Below, piece after piece: positions 1 through 9,951 of a stretch of DNA of 64,000 nt; the first letter of the stretch is position 1, and each line of letters opens with the position of its first letter. The notes below the pieces were generated by a model. It did no database searches and was not told where the DNA came from. It saw only the letters and a list, made by a program, of their open reading frames with translations. The position numbers and the translations under genes are program-made. Source of the DNA: a virus; the IMG/VR virus record IMGVR_UViG_3300031997_000007, positions 7,958 through 71,957 of that record. One strand, written 5' to 3'.

Positions 1-190
1 GTAATATATTTACCGCATAATCACATGAAGCACTTGGTGATTTCGATATTATTTGTTCAATTTTTGAATTTCTAATGTTATACGGTCCTAAATATTCATA
101 TGCAAAATCAAATGCTGCTATTGCGTCGTCACCAAAATCAGGTACTTCTAATTCTGTAGGGTTTGTATACAAACTATATACATTAATCAT
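1..190 (-). CDS. Partial paralog of the MINLYQY family (MINVYSLYTNPTELEVP...), runs off the window edge
   Basis: Manual translation; its ATG (190-188) overlaps the TGA of the upstream ORF (ATGA); shares N-terminus and the 'YAVNIL' motif with neighbours. Confidence 0.75.
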   Translation of the reverse strand, partial: MINVYSLYTNPTELEVPDFGDDAIAAFDFAYEYLGPYNIRNSKIEQIISKSPSASCDYAVNIL

Positions 191-531
191 AATTTTATAT
201 TGAAAAGATTTTCATATGGTTCTTGCATCATACTACCTTTTATTATTTTTTCTCCCTTAATAAATCTACTTTTTAATATATCTTTTGCATACATCCAACT
301 ATACATTACATCTGTTGCAATCATATCTTCTCCCTTAGGAAATGGACCATGTAAAACATTACGTGCATAACTTATAGCATAAAAAGCATTTGTAGATATT
401 ATATCTTCAACTAATGGAAACGGTTTTTTTAATACCTTATAAACGTAATTATATGCAAAATGAACATCAGGATATTTACTTGGTGGTAGTAAATCCACAG
501 GTTTAATATAATATTGATATAAATTAATCAT
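187..531 (-). CDS. Hypothetical protein, MINLYQY paralog family with AxxYAxxVLxxxFxxGE repeats
   Basis: ORF track; helical repeat motif occurs about 3 times. Confidence 0.75.
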   Translation of the reverse strand: MINLYQYYIKPVDLLPPSKYPDVHFAYNYVYKVLKKPFPLVEDIISTNAFYAISYARNVLHGPFPKGEDMIATDVMYSWMYAKDILKSRFIKGEKIIKGSMMQEPYENLFNIKL

Positions 532-835
532 TTTGTTTTATTAAACCATTAGGAAATAAATCAAAAAACAATTTTCGAGCATAATCATATGCTGTACTAC
601 CATTATCAAATATCGACCTATTTAATAAATCAACAGCATAGTTTCCAACAATATATGAAATACCTTTGTTAATTTGATTTGCAATTAGATTATAAGCTTG
701 AGGATATTGTTTGTAAAACTTTTCAACACCAATTTGATCAGCTTTTTCCATCGCAGCTTGCCATACATAATTATGTTTATTATTATAATTCTCTAATTCT
801 TTAGGGTTTGTATGATATTGATATAAATTAATCAT
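524..835 (-). CDS. Hypothetical protein, MINLYQY paralog family
   Basis: ORF track; shared N-terminus MINLYQYHTNPKEL. Confidence 0.7.
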   Translation of the reverse strand: MINLYQYHTNPKELENYNNKHNYVWQAAMEKADQIGVEKFYKQYPQAYNLIANQINKGISYIVGNYAVDLLNRSIFDNGSTAYDYARKLFFDLFPNGLIKQND

Positions 836-836
836 T

Positions 837-1574
837 TTAATCTACATAATATTTTTTAATTAACATATTTAAAAAATCTTTATACTCAGAATATTTACTC
901 AAATATTCAATATCTGATCTCTCTAATTCAAAGTCCCGTTCATTCACATATTGATCTTCTTTCATACATAATTGAAATTTACGATCTCCTGCGAGAATGA
1001 TATATAAAACATCATTTTTATTATAATATGCAAATTGATTATCTTCATCACCTGCGGTACACCATTTAGTGCCTTTTCCATAAAACTTTGCAGCTTCTTC
1101 AGTTGTTGGAATTACTACTTTAAAATGTGGAGTGTCAATTACTTTAGTAACACCTTCCATTTTTACATTTTTTTCTTGTTGTTTGTTAGATGTTATATCA
1201 ACTTCTTTAAATTTGTCGAGTTCATTGTATAATGATTTTAAATCTTGATATGAGTTTAAGTCTTTATTAACCAATTTTGGTTTAACTCTATCAAATTCAA
1301 TAATCTCTTTTTTAATTCTATTAACATCTTCTAATCTAAATTGATTTGCAGCATATTGTCTTGCAATCCATTGAATATAATTAGTGTTAGTATGTTGTGA
1401 TAAATATCGAATAATATCTATAGCTGTTGATAGCTTTGGCTTATACCCACTGTCTTTTTTATAAGCCGATATTATTTTATCCCCCATAGCATATGCAATA
1501 AAATCTTCTCTAGCTTCTAATAATTGATTTTCAGTTAACAACCCCGCTAACTGCATTGTACGAAATTTATCCAT
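837..1574 (-). CDS. Hypothetical phage protein with GTKWCTA motif, possible internal head protein
   Basis: ORF track 837..1613; MDKF start at 1574 preferred because of upstream AAGG; N-terminal LLTE/LLE motifs. Confidence 0.7.
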   Translation of the reverse strand: MDKFRTMQLAGLLTENQLLEAREDFIAYAMGDKIISAYKKDSGYKPKLSTAIDIIRYLSQHTNTNYIQWIARQYAANQFRLEDVNRIKKEIIEFDRVKPKLVNKDLNSYQDLKSLYNELDKFKEVDITSNKQQEKNVKMEGVTKVIDTPHFKVVIPTTEEAAKFYGKGTKWCTAGDEDNQFAYYNKNDVLYIILAGDRKFQLCMKEDQYVNERDFELERSDIEYLSKYSEYKDFLNMLIKKYYVD

Positions 1575-1587
1575 TGTTAATTTACCT

Positions 1588-1863
1588 TTAATAATCGTAG
1601 AGATAAGTACCACTTACCTCTTTATATGTTAATTCTTGTGCAAAATTACAATACCTTCTCATTGCATCCTCACCTGTTAAAAACCTATCTCGAAGAACAT
1701 TAATAGCATAATAATACGCATATTGACCAACCTTAGCGATTATTAACTCCTGTTCAGGTGATAATTTACCTACAATCTGGGCATATCTATATAACCAAGC
1801 AGGATTAGTTCTTGGCGAAGTTAGCACTTTTGGATCTGTATAATACTGATATAAATTAATCAT
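1588..1863 (-). CDS. Hypothetical protein, MINLYQY paralog family
   Basis: ORF track; AYYYAINVLRDRFLTGE repeat motif. Confidence 0.7.
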   Translation of the reverse strand: MINLYQYYTDPKVLTSPRTNPAWLYRYAQIVGKLSPEQELIIAKVGQYAYYYAINVLRDRFLTGEDAMRRYCNFAQELTYKEVSGTYLYDY

Positions 1864-1891
1864 AATAATTACACAAATTAATCGTACTAAT

Positions 1892-2527
1892 TTATCTTTT
1901 TACAAATAATCCAGTGTTAATCCATTTAGTAATTTCTTTTATTAAAAACTTCTGCGCATCAACATCGTGTTGAACTTGTTCAGATAAAGTCATAATCTTA
2001 GCACCGTTTTTAGCAGCATCTAAAGATTCATAAATTGAACTTGGATATGCACCCGGTGCACTTGGTGTAGTTACAATGTCGATAGTTACTAATCCAAAAT
2101 CACTAACTAACCCGCTTTCATTTACGTTACCCGCACCTCTACTACTAACACCAATTTTAATCCCACTCTCAATTAACACCTTGGCAATAATACCCATTGG
2201 AGTTGGCAATATTTTTGCCTTTCCATATACATTATTGTTTTCAAGTCTTAATTCTGTAATTGCATGACTAATTCGGTCAGAATTTATTGATAGTGTTTGT
2301 GGATGATCAAGTTCACCAAATATACCACCATTTTCTTTAATTATACCACTTGCAGATTCAACAGCTTTGGTCATTTCTTCTAATGGATATACTCGACCAT
2401 TACGGTTTTTAATTCCACTTTGCATGAAAGTACCAGATAGCCACAAATTTTTACCATCTTGTGTAGATTCTTGAATTAACCCACATTGTTCTGAAGACAT
2501 ATCTTCAATTAATAATATCGCACTCAT
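1892..2527 (-). CDS. gp21: Prohead core protease (T4 gp21-like)
   Basis: KNRNGRVYP, GELDHP, GVSSRGAG and DIVTTPSAPGAYP motifs. Confidence 0.95.
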   Translation of the reverse strand: MSAILLIEDMSSEQCGLIQESTQDGKNLWLSGTFMQSGIKNRNGRVYPLEEMTKAVESASGIIKENGGIFGELDHPQTLSINSDRISHAITELRLENNNVYGKAKILPTPMGIIAKVLIESGIKIGVSSRGAGNVNESGLVSDFGLVTIDIVTTPSAPGAYPSSIYESLDAAKNGAKIMTLSEQVQHDVDAQKFLIKEITKWINTGLFVKR

Positions 2528-2587
2528 AGTTGATCCTTTTATTATGTAAATTTATTAAATATATTTATCTTTAAGAATAATAAACAT

Positions 2588-2614
2588 AAAAAACCCAACG
2601 GTTAAGTTGGGTTT
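2588..2614 (-). terminator. Intrinsic terminator
   Basis: AAACCCAAC/GTTGGGTTT stem with U-tract on the minus strand. Confidence 0.75.
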
Positions 2615-2647
2615 ATATTTTGGCTTGGCTGAAACAACTTTATATTT

Positions 2648-2812
2648 TTAATGTGATTGAGTAGGTTCACTTGATGTGTGTAATGGTGTTGAATACGGAT
2701 TACTTGGATCACATCCAGGTATTTTATATCCTTGACCACATGAATCACTAGGGTTACCCATACTAGCACAACCACTTAACAAAAGCGTTATACACATTAA
2801 TAATTCGATCAT
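2648..2812 (-). CDS. Small putative lipoprotein, 54 aa, absent from ORF track
   Basis: MIELLMCITLLLSG|CASMGNPSDSCGQGYKIPGCDPSNPYSTPLHTSSEPTQSH; hydrophobic stretch plus LSGC lipobox; fills the intergenic gap and is followed by a terminator. Confidence 0.65.
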   Translation of the reverse strand: MIELLMCITLLLSGCASMGNPSDSCGQGYKIPGCDPSNPYSTPLHTSSEPTQSH

Positions 2813-2822
2813 ATTATGTTAC

Positions 2823-3275
2823 TTACTTTTTCTTTGCAGTTTTAGTTTTTGCAATCACACTTTCAGCAACTTTTTTGGCGTCGAAGTTTTCATCTTCAAA
2901 ATCATCTTCATCATCTTCATCATGATCTTCATCATCTATGTCGTCTTCATCATGATCTTCATCATCTATGTCGTCTTCATCATGATCTTCATCATCTATG
3001 TCATCTTCATCATGATCTTCATCATCTATGTCGTCTTCATCATGATCTTCATCGTCTATGTCATCTTCATCATGATCTTCATCACGGGCTTCATCTTCAA
3101 AATCATCATCTGAGTCTTCATCCTGACCACGATCATTTTCAATTTTGTTGACTTCCATTTCTTCCATAATTGAACGGAACTTATCGGTAGCATACGAATG
3201 GAATGCTACTTCTGCTGCAGCGTCATCTTCATTGATAGTTGCATCAAGCATTTCTTTTAATTTTTCTTTTGACAT
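2823..3275 (-). CDS. Acidic prohead core/scaffold protein (gp67-like)
   Basis: Lies between portal and gp21; very acidic; GGAG RBS. Confidence 0.65.
   Translation of the reverse strand: MSKEKLKEMLDATINEDDAAAEVAFHSYATDKFRSIMEEMEVNKIENDRGQDEDSDDDFEDEARDEDHDEDDIDDEDHDEDDIDDEDHDEDDIDDEDHDEDDIDDEDHDEDDIDDEDHDEDDEDDFEDENFDAKKVAESVIAKTKTAKKK
2911..3084. repeat. 30-bp coding tandem repeat, about 5.8 copies (DEDHDEDDID)
   Basis: TCRTCTTCATCATGATCTTCATCRTCTATG repeated head to tail without spacers. Confidence 0.95.
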
Positions 3276-3377
3276 GTTTTAATCTCCTAAAAGTAAACTG
3301 GGTGTTAATATAATATTATTTATGTTAATATTGTATTTAGTTAATATTTCAATAAGTGTATAACTTTATAATACGTA

Positions 3378-6300
3378 TTATGTGGGAGGAGGCGGCGCTC
3401 CAGGTCCTCCGGGTGTTACCCCTCCAGGTGGTGCTGCTCCTGCTGCTCCACCAACAGTACCTACTGTACCAATCTCACCAGGTTCCCCTTCTGTTCCAAG
3501 TTCACCTTCTGCTCCTGGTTCTCCTAATCCCATTCCTCCCATACCACCACCCATTCCTCCCATACCACCACCCATTCCACCCATACCTTCTGCAGGTGCA
3601 CCGTAGATTTGTTGTAATGATTTATCAGCATCTGGATCATAACCTTTTTCTTGTTTTAATAATTGCTCATTAGTAATAATCTCGTCTTCTGTTAATTGAG
3701 CATATCGTGATAATATAAAACGTTTTGATAAGTATGGTACAGATTCAGCTTGACTGAGTGTGTTAAGTAATGTTGTATCAACTTCAGCTTGTTGATAATG
3801 TTCATAATTAGACGGACTTGGTAGTTTTATCTTAAATAATGTATTGTCAATGTTTATGTTACTTGCAAATAAAAATGTTTTAAATGCTTTATCTAATTCA
3901 ATTTCAATGTATACCTGCAATCTTTCAACAAATTTGGCAAATTGTTGTTCTTCAACATATGCAGCTCCAACTTTACCATCATTAAACATAGCTGAGTTAA
4001 CACCTGTTTTCATCCAAGATATTGGAACTCGCAATCCACGAAGCACTTTATCCATAAAATAATCTAAGTCAGACATCTCACCTAATGATTGACCACCTGG
4101 GAGTACTTCTACTTTTGATCCTTTTCCGTCTGATCTTTGAGCGAGGAAAACATCCTCTAACTGACTGTTTTTTATGAAGATTCCTGCATCAATTGCAAAT
4201 GTATGATAGTTATGGTACACTTCATTTTGATCAATTGTAAGAGTACCAACATCCATTGTTTCATCAAGATATTCAATAGCGATGATTTTATGATTATATT
4301 GAGTGATACCAGTAAGCATTCCATTCCATGAATCATACCCGTAATGCTGGCCAATTTTATTCATTAAAACTGCATCAGGTAATTTAAGTTTTGTTTTTGG
4401 ACTTATTGTTCGATACCATTCAATAAATAATTGCAATATATTACTGTTATTTCTAATATAAGGTAATAATTCATTACAACATGGTGTTATATTTACAATC
4501 AATTGTTTAATATAATTAAACGAACTATCATGATTGTTAAATAGTTTAACCTTTTCTTGAATAATTTTATTTCTTAATGTTTTAAAATTATCATATCCGT
4601 GTAATTTAATTAATTTGTGGAAACCCGAATGTGTTATATGAGATACATCAATTTTATAATTAAATAACACACCATCAACTTTTTTATATTGATTGATGCT
4701 AGCATAATAATTCATAAATTCAACGTTATTGTTTAACGTTAACATAAATTGTTTAATTGATATTGTTGGATTATTGTGTAGTATTTTAACACAATAATTT
4801 AAACATTTCTCATCAAATATAATTAATTGATTAACTGTAGGTAGTTTATTATCAACTAATCGTTGAATACATTGTTGTTTTTCTTCTTCATTAAGCTCTA
4901 ACCATCTAGCTTTACCTATATCACTTAATTTTTTAATAAATTGAGCTCTATATTCATCATCAGTATTTAATAATAATCTATGATTTTCTATCCCAGCAAT
5001 CCGATTAGGATTTAACAATTCATTTGCATGAAACAAAATATGATCTTTTGAATTCATTCGCATTAAATTAGAAGGGCTATTATTATACCTATTAATATCT
5101 CTATGATGAATTGTATCTTTTTTGCTATTTAAAAATTTAGAATCATACACAAATGTTTCAATTAATTGATTTTCACTAAAAAACTTGTTAACCATTCTAT
5201 GTACAAACTGCCAATCTTGTTTGTTAGTATCATACGTTTGAGTATACGTATATTTTCCTAATTTTTCTAATCTCAAATTAAAAGGAAATAGTGAATCATT
5301 AATATCTAAATTTTCAGCATTAACAAACCCTTTACCTTGTACCGGTATTTTATGATCTGCAGTACAAATCAAACTTTCATTGTTATCAAACGTAATCTTT
5401 ATAACTTTTGAATTCTTTCTTGTTATCCCAGCCCATGATATCAATCCAGGAACTTGTTCTCCAGTTTCAGGATTAACAGAATACCCCCATAATTCTTTAC
5501 CTGATTGATATTCATTGATAATATCAAATAATGTCAACACTCTACCATCTAATAGTGGAATTCTTGTATCTAACGATATACATTGTGGATTATACACAGC
5601 ATCTACACTATTACCACCGTTTTGGTTATTTGAAGGGATTTTCTTTTGTCTTATTTCATTTTTAATAGTTTCTAGATATGCTTTAACACGATTCGGTTGC
5701 ATTTTACCCACATCTATATAGAATACACGACGTTCAGGTGCACGTTGAATGCGATATATTACAATAGCATCTTCAAGTAATTCTTTTTGCTTGTGGGTTC
5801 TATAAACAGTTCTAAGAGCTGAATCACCAAATGGTGCTGTCTCAGACATATCATCGTTGATTGAGAACACAGCCATATGTTCAATTGGAATAATTTCTGT
5901 AGTATATGCTTGACTACCAACAGCCATTGACCCTGTTCCATTATAAGCAGAGCTATTGCTATTAGGTACTTTTGAATCCATTCTAACTTGATAGGCTAAT
6001 ACTTTGGTAACATCTTGAGCATCAACAACTGCGCCAATTACATTAGATGCGGGAATCCATTCCCATTTTTTATATGATGAATGTATTTTAAAGAAACAAT
6101 CACCATATTTTATCATATTTCTAGCTATTTTAAATAGTCTATTTTCAGTAAACCCATGTAGAATTGACCAATGTCTTAGTGCTGATCTTAATGTAAGTAC
6201 TATTGTATCTTCGACCTCTTGCCCATCATCAATCTGCATACTAATATTAAGAACCATATCAGTTTTAGTATTCCGACTAGTCATTTCTTCAGCTATAATA

Positions 6301-6509
6301 TCTAACGCACGAGCTATTTCAACATCCGTATCCATAATATCATATTCACGATATCGAGTTAATCTAGTTGCACTACCTTGAATTAACCGTTGATACCAAG
6401 TATAATTGCTTGAAAATGCATACCCTTGATCGATTTGTTGACTATCTTGGATTGTAGCCGCAGCTTGGGTAGGGGAAACAACTTTATAAAAATCTGTTAT
6501 CTTCGCCAT
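3378..6509 (-). CDS. gp20: Portal vertex protein (T4 gp20-like) with intein
   Basis: LLEDAIVIYRIQRAPERRVFYIDVG, EDVFLAQRSDGKGSKVEVLPGG and LRVPISW motifs. Confidence 0.95.
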   Translation of the reverse strand: MAKITDFYKVVSPTQAAATIQDSQQIDQGYAFSSNYTWYQRLIQGSATRLTRYREYDIMDTDVEIARALDIIAEEMTSRNTKTDMVLNISMQIDDGQEVEDTIVLTLRSALRHWSILHGFTENRLFKIARNMIKYGDCFFKIHSSYKKWEWIPASNVIGAVVDAQDVTKVLAYQVRMDSKVPNSNSSAYNGTGSMAVGSQAYTTEIIPIEHMAVFSINDDMSETAPFGDSALRTVYRTHKQKELLEDAIVIYRIQRAPERRVFYIDVGKMQPNRVKAYLETIKNEIRQKKIPSNNQNGGNSVDAVYNPQCISLDTRIPLLDGRVLTLFDIINEYQSGKELWGYSVNPETGEQVPGLISWAGITRKNSKVIKITFDNNESLICTADHKIPVQGKGFVNAENLDINDSLFPFNLRLEKLGKYTYTQTYDTNKQDWQFVHRMVNKFFSENQLIETFVYDSKFLNSKKDTIHHRDINRYNNSPSNLMRMNSKDHILFHANELLNPNRIAGIENHRLLLNTDDEYRAQFIKKLSDIGKARWLELNEEEKQQCIQRLVDNKLPTVNQLIIFDEKCLNYCVKILHNNPTISIKQFMLTLNNNVEFMNYYASINQYKKVDGVLFNYKIDVSHITHSGFHKLIKLHGYDNFKTLRNKIIQEKVKLFNNHDSSFNYIKQLIVNITPCCNELLPYIRNNSNILQLFIEWYRTISPKTKLKLPDAVLMNKIGQHYGYDSWNGMLTGITQYNHKIIAIEYLDETMDVGTLTIDQNEVYHNYHTFAIDAGIFIKNSQLEDVFLAQRSDGKGSKVEVLPGGQSLGEMSDLDYFMDKVLRGLRVPISWMKTGVNSAMFNDGKVGAAYVEEQQFAKFVERLQVYIEIELDKAFKTFLFASNINIDNTLFKIKLPSPSNYEHYQQAEVDTTLLNTLSQAESVPYLSKRFILSRYAQLTEDEIITNEQLLKQEKGYDPDADKSLQQIYGAPAEGMGGMGGGMGGMGGGMGGMGLGEPGAEGELGTEGEPGEIGTVGTVGGAAGAAPPGGVTPGGPGAPPPPT
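4167..5582 (-). mobile_element. Intein (472 aa) with HNH endonuclease in the portal
   Basis: YNPQ|CISLDTRIPLLDG (block A), CTADH (block B), IHHRDINRYNNSPSNL (HNH), HTFAIDAGIFIKN|S (C-terminal splice junction). Confidence 0.92.
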
Positions 6510-6543
6510 TTATATAAACACCTTTAAATAATTTTATTAAAGG

Positions 6544-6551
6544 TATTTATA
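6544..6551 (-). promoter_or_regulatory. T4-type late promoter TATAAATA upstream of the portal
   Basis: Exact consensus; gp55-like sigma encoded in the window. Confidence 0.7.
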
Positions 6552-6578
6552 ATTATATTAAACTTACATTTTAATTAA

Positions 6579-9425
6579 TTAACCCGCTTTAATATATGCT
6601 ACTGTATTTCCACCACTTTTATTCATTATGTCAAATAAACTATCAGGTGTTGTAGCAGCTTTTTCTACTTTTACATCAGTATACCAATCAGTTGTATTTT
6701 TATCAATACTGCGTAAATAATTGTTAATAGTATTTGTTGCAGTTACCATATTGCTAATATTATCGTTAAACGTAGTAGTCAATATATCTAAACGATCGAT
6801 CATTTGATTAACTACATCAACTGGAGGAGTTGCTAATGTCGTAACATTTGCTGTAAGATCATTTAATGTGTTTGATAACGGGTGACTTTCTATTTCCTTA
6901 TTTACTATTTTCGATATCGGTTTATCTTCTACTTCATTAGTTAACGTTGGTGATGATTGTTTTAAAGATTTTTCCTTTTTATACTTCTCTATATCACTAT
7001 CCCACGTAACTAATGTTTCAAACCATCCACCAGTTCCAGTTACAACACGTTCTAATCTTTTTTGTTGTTGTTCTTCTACTCCTTTATATAACGAAAATGC
7101 TGCAATTGCACCAGCAACTATTGGAATAAGACCACCGAACACTAATCCTAAACCACCAGCAGCTGTACCTAAACTTGCAAGAATCGGTGCAACACCACCT
7201 GCACCAATTGCACTCCCGAGTACACTAAATAGAGCTGGCATAGCCCCTCCAATAATACCAGATGCTGCACCAGTAAAAGCACCGATTATTAATGAAGGTA
7301 TTATCCCTGTTTGTGATGTATCTAGTGCATCTGTAAAATTTTTAACTGCAATAGCAGCTTTACCTGCTTGTATAGATAAATCAGTTTTATCATGTTCTTC
7401 AGCTTTTGCAAGATCTGCTAATTTCTTTTCCTGTATAGCTTTTTCTCTATTAGCTGGAGTATTTCCACCAACCATGTTCGTTGCTGCTTTTATTATACCT
7501 GCTTTATACGCTTGCGTTTTCGGTAGTTCTTCTTCTTTTTTAGCTACTGAAGCTGCTGAACCTGCACTCATTGGTAAAGCTTGTTCTATGGCCGCTACTA
7601 TAGTGTTATACTGTCCTCCTTTGGTATTATCAGCTCGTACCTCCGCCTCAGCGTTTACAAGAATATCTAGTATGTCGCTGAAATCTTGTTTCTCAGCAGC
7701 ACTTTTATTACTTTTGCTTTCTAAAGATCCAGCTCTAGCGGCTATATCTCCTTGTAAGTCTTTATTATTCGGTAAAAAATTACTTAACTGTTGAAGTTTT
7801 GCTTGTAAACCAGCACCGGACATCAATGCAGATGGTATTGTTCTTTTTGTATCAGCGGCAAAACCAGCCGCAAATGTTTTAATTGCCTCTTTACTATAAC
7901 CTAATTGTGCAGAATGCTCCGCAAACGCTTTTAAATCAAGCAGATACGCAATACGTTCTTTATTCTTCAGACCTGCTAATTTATAAGAAATATTACTATC
8001 TAGCAACATTGACTCATATAACTCAAGACTAGCTGGAGCTGTCAATGCAGTAGTTTTATTCATCACATCTGCCCATTTTGCAGTGTCTGATAAAGTTTTA
8101 CTAAACTCAGAAAGTCCTTGTGCACCACCACTTGCATTACGCTCAAGAGTGGCCATTCGCGCTGCCATCTCTAATCCTGCTTTTCGATCACCACCCATTA
8201 ATTTTGTAAATTCATCGGTATGATCTTTCATCAATTTATCTACACTTTCTTGACCTCCTTCTATGCTGCGGTATAGTGCTTTATTTTGTGACATTACTTT
8301 TAAATAAGCTTCTTGACCTACACCAATTTGTATTAATGCTAAATCATGTAACTCAGTACCAGATTTCATCCATTCTGAAGCTTCTTCCATAAACAACGGC
8401 ATTGCTTTTTTACCAGCTTCCCAGAACATTTTAGCTGATGCGACAGCAATTGTTCCTGTAAGTCCCGCCATTGTACCACTCATACCACCAGCTGTTAACC
8501 TACCAGCAATAGCGTTTCTTATAGTATTACCAGCTTCACCAAATGTACCTTCAAGTTGTTTAAGCATAACATTTTTAAAAGAACCACCAACATCTTTTAT
8601 GCTTTTTGCAGTACCAACTACACCTTTAGTAAATCCTTTTAATTTCTGCTCTGATTCACCTAACGCATTTCTAACACCTTTATTAGACATTCCTTGAAAA
8701 TACTCGTTAACAACTCCAATTTCTTTAGCATTTAAAGTTACACCACTTGTGTATTTTTCTAACGCAGCAGCAAACTCATTTGCTTTTTCAGAACTCTTCG
8801 CATACCCTGCGAAATAACTTGGATCACCTAATTCTTTACTTAATGTGTGTAAATTTGCTAACAGGTTAAGTTGAGCTGCCCCCATTTTCCCATTATTTTC
8901 TTTAAATGATTTAATAAATGCTTGTTGTGCTATTACATAATCATCAAACTTTAAAGTATCCGCGTAATTTTCAATTTTTAAAGAAGCGCCAGCTATCGAT
9001 TTTATTTGATTTTTTAAAGCTTCAGGGTATAGTTTATCAAGTTCACTCCATGTAGTAAATGTTTTTGATACTTGCTCATCGAGCATACTTTTCGCGTGTT
9101 GGTATGAAGATGAAATATCTTTAACGAATGAAGAGTGTAAACTACCGGCGGTTTTTGTACCGTCTATTACTTCTGATAAAACATCATGAAATTGATCGAA
9201 AGACTTACCTGCAAGTTTAAGTTTTTTATTTAACGCTGCTAATTCATACGCAGAACTATCACCAGCTTTTTGTACACTAGCTGCGACTTTAGTTTGAGCA
9301 GTTGCTGAAGTTTGACCTGCATTAGATAAATCACCTAACGTACGTGATAAACTACCACCGGCGCTTGAAATTTGTTGAACGAATGCTTGTAATTGTGCTA
9401 AGAATGCTGGATCTAAGGCTGCCAT
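6579..9425 (-). CDS. Tape-measure-like tail length protein
   Basis: Ala/Gly-rich helical 948 aa with a C-proximal hydrophobic Gly-rich segment; near the gp26-like gene. Confidence 0.7.
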   Translation of the reverse strand: MAALDPAFLAQLQAFVQQISSAGGSLSRTLGDLSNAGQTSATAQTKVAASVQKAGDSSAYELAALNKKLKLAGKSFDQFHDVLSEVIDGTKTAGSLHSSFVKDISSSYQHAKSMLDEQVSKTFTTWSELDKLYPEALKNQIKSIAGASLKIENYADTLKFDDYVIAQQAFIKSFKENNGKMGAAQLNLLANLHTLSKELGDPSYFAGYAKSSEKANEFAAALEKYTSGVTLNAKEIGVVNEYFQGMSNKGVRNALGESEQKLKGFTKGVVGTAKSIKDVGGSFKNVMLKQLEGTFGEAGNTIRNAIAGRLTAGGMSGTMAGLTGTIAVASAKMFWEAGKKAMPLFMEEASEWMKSGTELHDLALIQIGVGQEAYLKVMSQNKALYRSIEGGQESVDKLMKDHTDEFTKLMGGDRKAGLEMAARMATLERNASGGAQGLSEFSKTLSDTAKWADVMNKTTALTAPASLELYESMLLDSNISYKLAGLKNKERIAYLLDLKAFAEHSAQLGYSKEAIKTFAAGFAADTKRTIPSALMSGAGLQAKLQQLSNFLPNNKDLQGDIAARAGSLESKSNKSAAEKQDFSDILDILVNAEAEVRADNTKGGQYNTIVAAIEQALPMSAGSAASVAKKEEELPKTQAYKAGIIKAATNMVGGNTPANREKAIQEKKLADLAKAEEHDKTDLSIQAGKAAIAVKNFTDALDTSQTGIIPSLIIGAFTGAASGIIGGAMPALFSVLGSAIGAGGVAPILASLGTAAGGLGLVFGGLIPIVAGAIAAFSLYKGVEEQQQKRLERVVTGTGGWFETLVTWDSDIEKYKKEKSLKQSSPTLTNEVEDKPISKIVNKEIESHPLSNTLNDLTANVTTLATPPVDVVNQMIDRLDILTTTFNDNISNMVTATNTINNYLRSIDKNTTDWYTDVKVEKAATTPDSLFDIMNKSGGNTVAYIKAG

Positions 9426-9468
9426 ATAAAGATACTACCATATTAAGGTTAATATCTTTATTTATGAA

Positions 9469-9858
9469 TTACAGGACTGATGGAAAAGCCAAATGAATAA
9501 GCATAAGTGTAACACCAAATAAATATAAAATGCATAAATTTATTTGAGCTATTTTAGTTTTAATATCACAAAACAATGTATACCATAATAACATAATACA
9601 AACAGGTATAACTGGTAACAACACATTCCGAAGCATTATACCGTGTTGATATGATTCATCAACAATGGTAAAATCATCCCATGTAAGATTTGTAATCATT
9701 CCTGCAAAATAATACATAATTGGTAATGTACATATAAAAATAATCCACATCTGTATTGCGTGTGTTTTTTTAGATTTCGTTGTTGATCTATGTGAATCAA
9801 TAATACCTAACAGTATTAATTGAAGTATGATCGTTAAAATTATAGTCATTATATTCAC
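9469..9858 (-). CDS. Hypothetical membrane protein (about 4 TM segments)
   Basis: Hydrophobic segments; sigma70-like promoter upstream. Confidence 0.65.
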   Translation of the reverse strand: MNIMTIILTIILQLILLGIIDSHRSTTKSKKTHAIQMWIIFICTLPIMYYFAGMITNLTWDDFTIVDESYQHGIMLRNVLLPVIPVCIMLLWYTLFCDIKTKIAQINLCILYLFGVTLMLIHLAFPSVL

Positions 9859-9880
9859 CTTATTTTCATTTTATGTACAT

Positions 9881-9909
9881 ATTGTAGTATACTTTTGTAC
9901 AAAAATCAA
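9881..9909 (-). promoter_or_regulatory. Sigma70-type promoter TTGATT-N17-TACAAT
   Basis: Near-consensus hexamers with 17-nt spacing. Confidence 0.6.
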
Positions 9910-9943
9910 CATTTAATACATGTTTCCCATTAACTTTTTCGAG

Positions 9944-9951
9944 TATAAATA
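9944..9951 (+). promoter_or_regulatory. Late promoter TATAAATA
   Basis: Exact consensus upstream of the gp26-like gene. Confidence 0.7.

Noticed and set aside
2911-3084. Possible CRISPR array (30-bp periodicity)
   Set aside because: Head-to-tail repeats with no unique spacers; in-frame coding repeat; no cas operon
2849-3151. His-rich and Ile/Phe-rich plus-strand ORFs
   Set aside because: Antisense shadows of the acidic repeat in the gp67-like gene
3356-3673. Pro/His-rich plus-strand ORFs
   Set aside because: Antisense shadows of the Gly/Met/Pro low-complexity portal C-terminus
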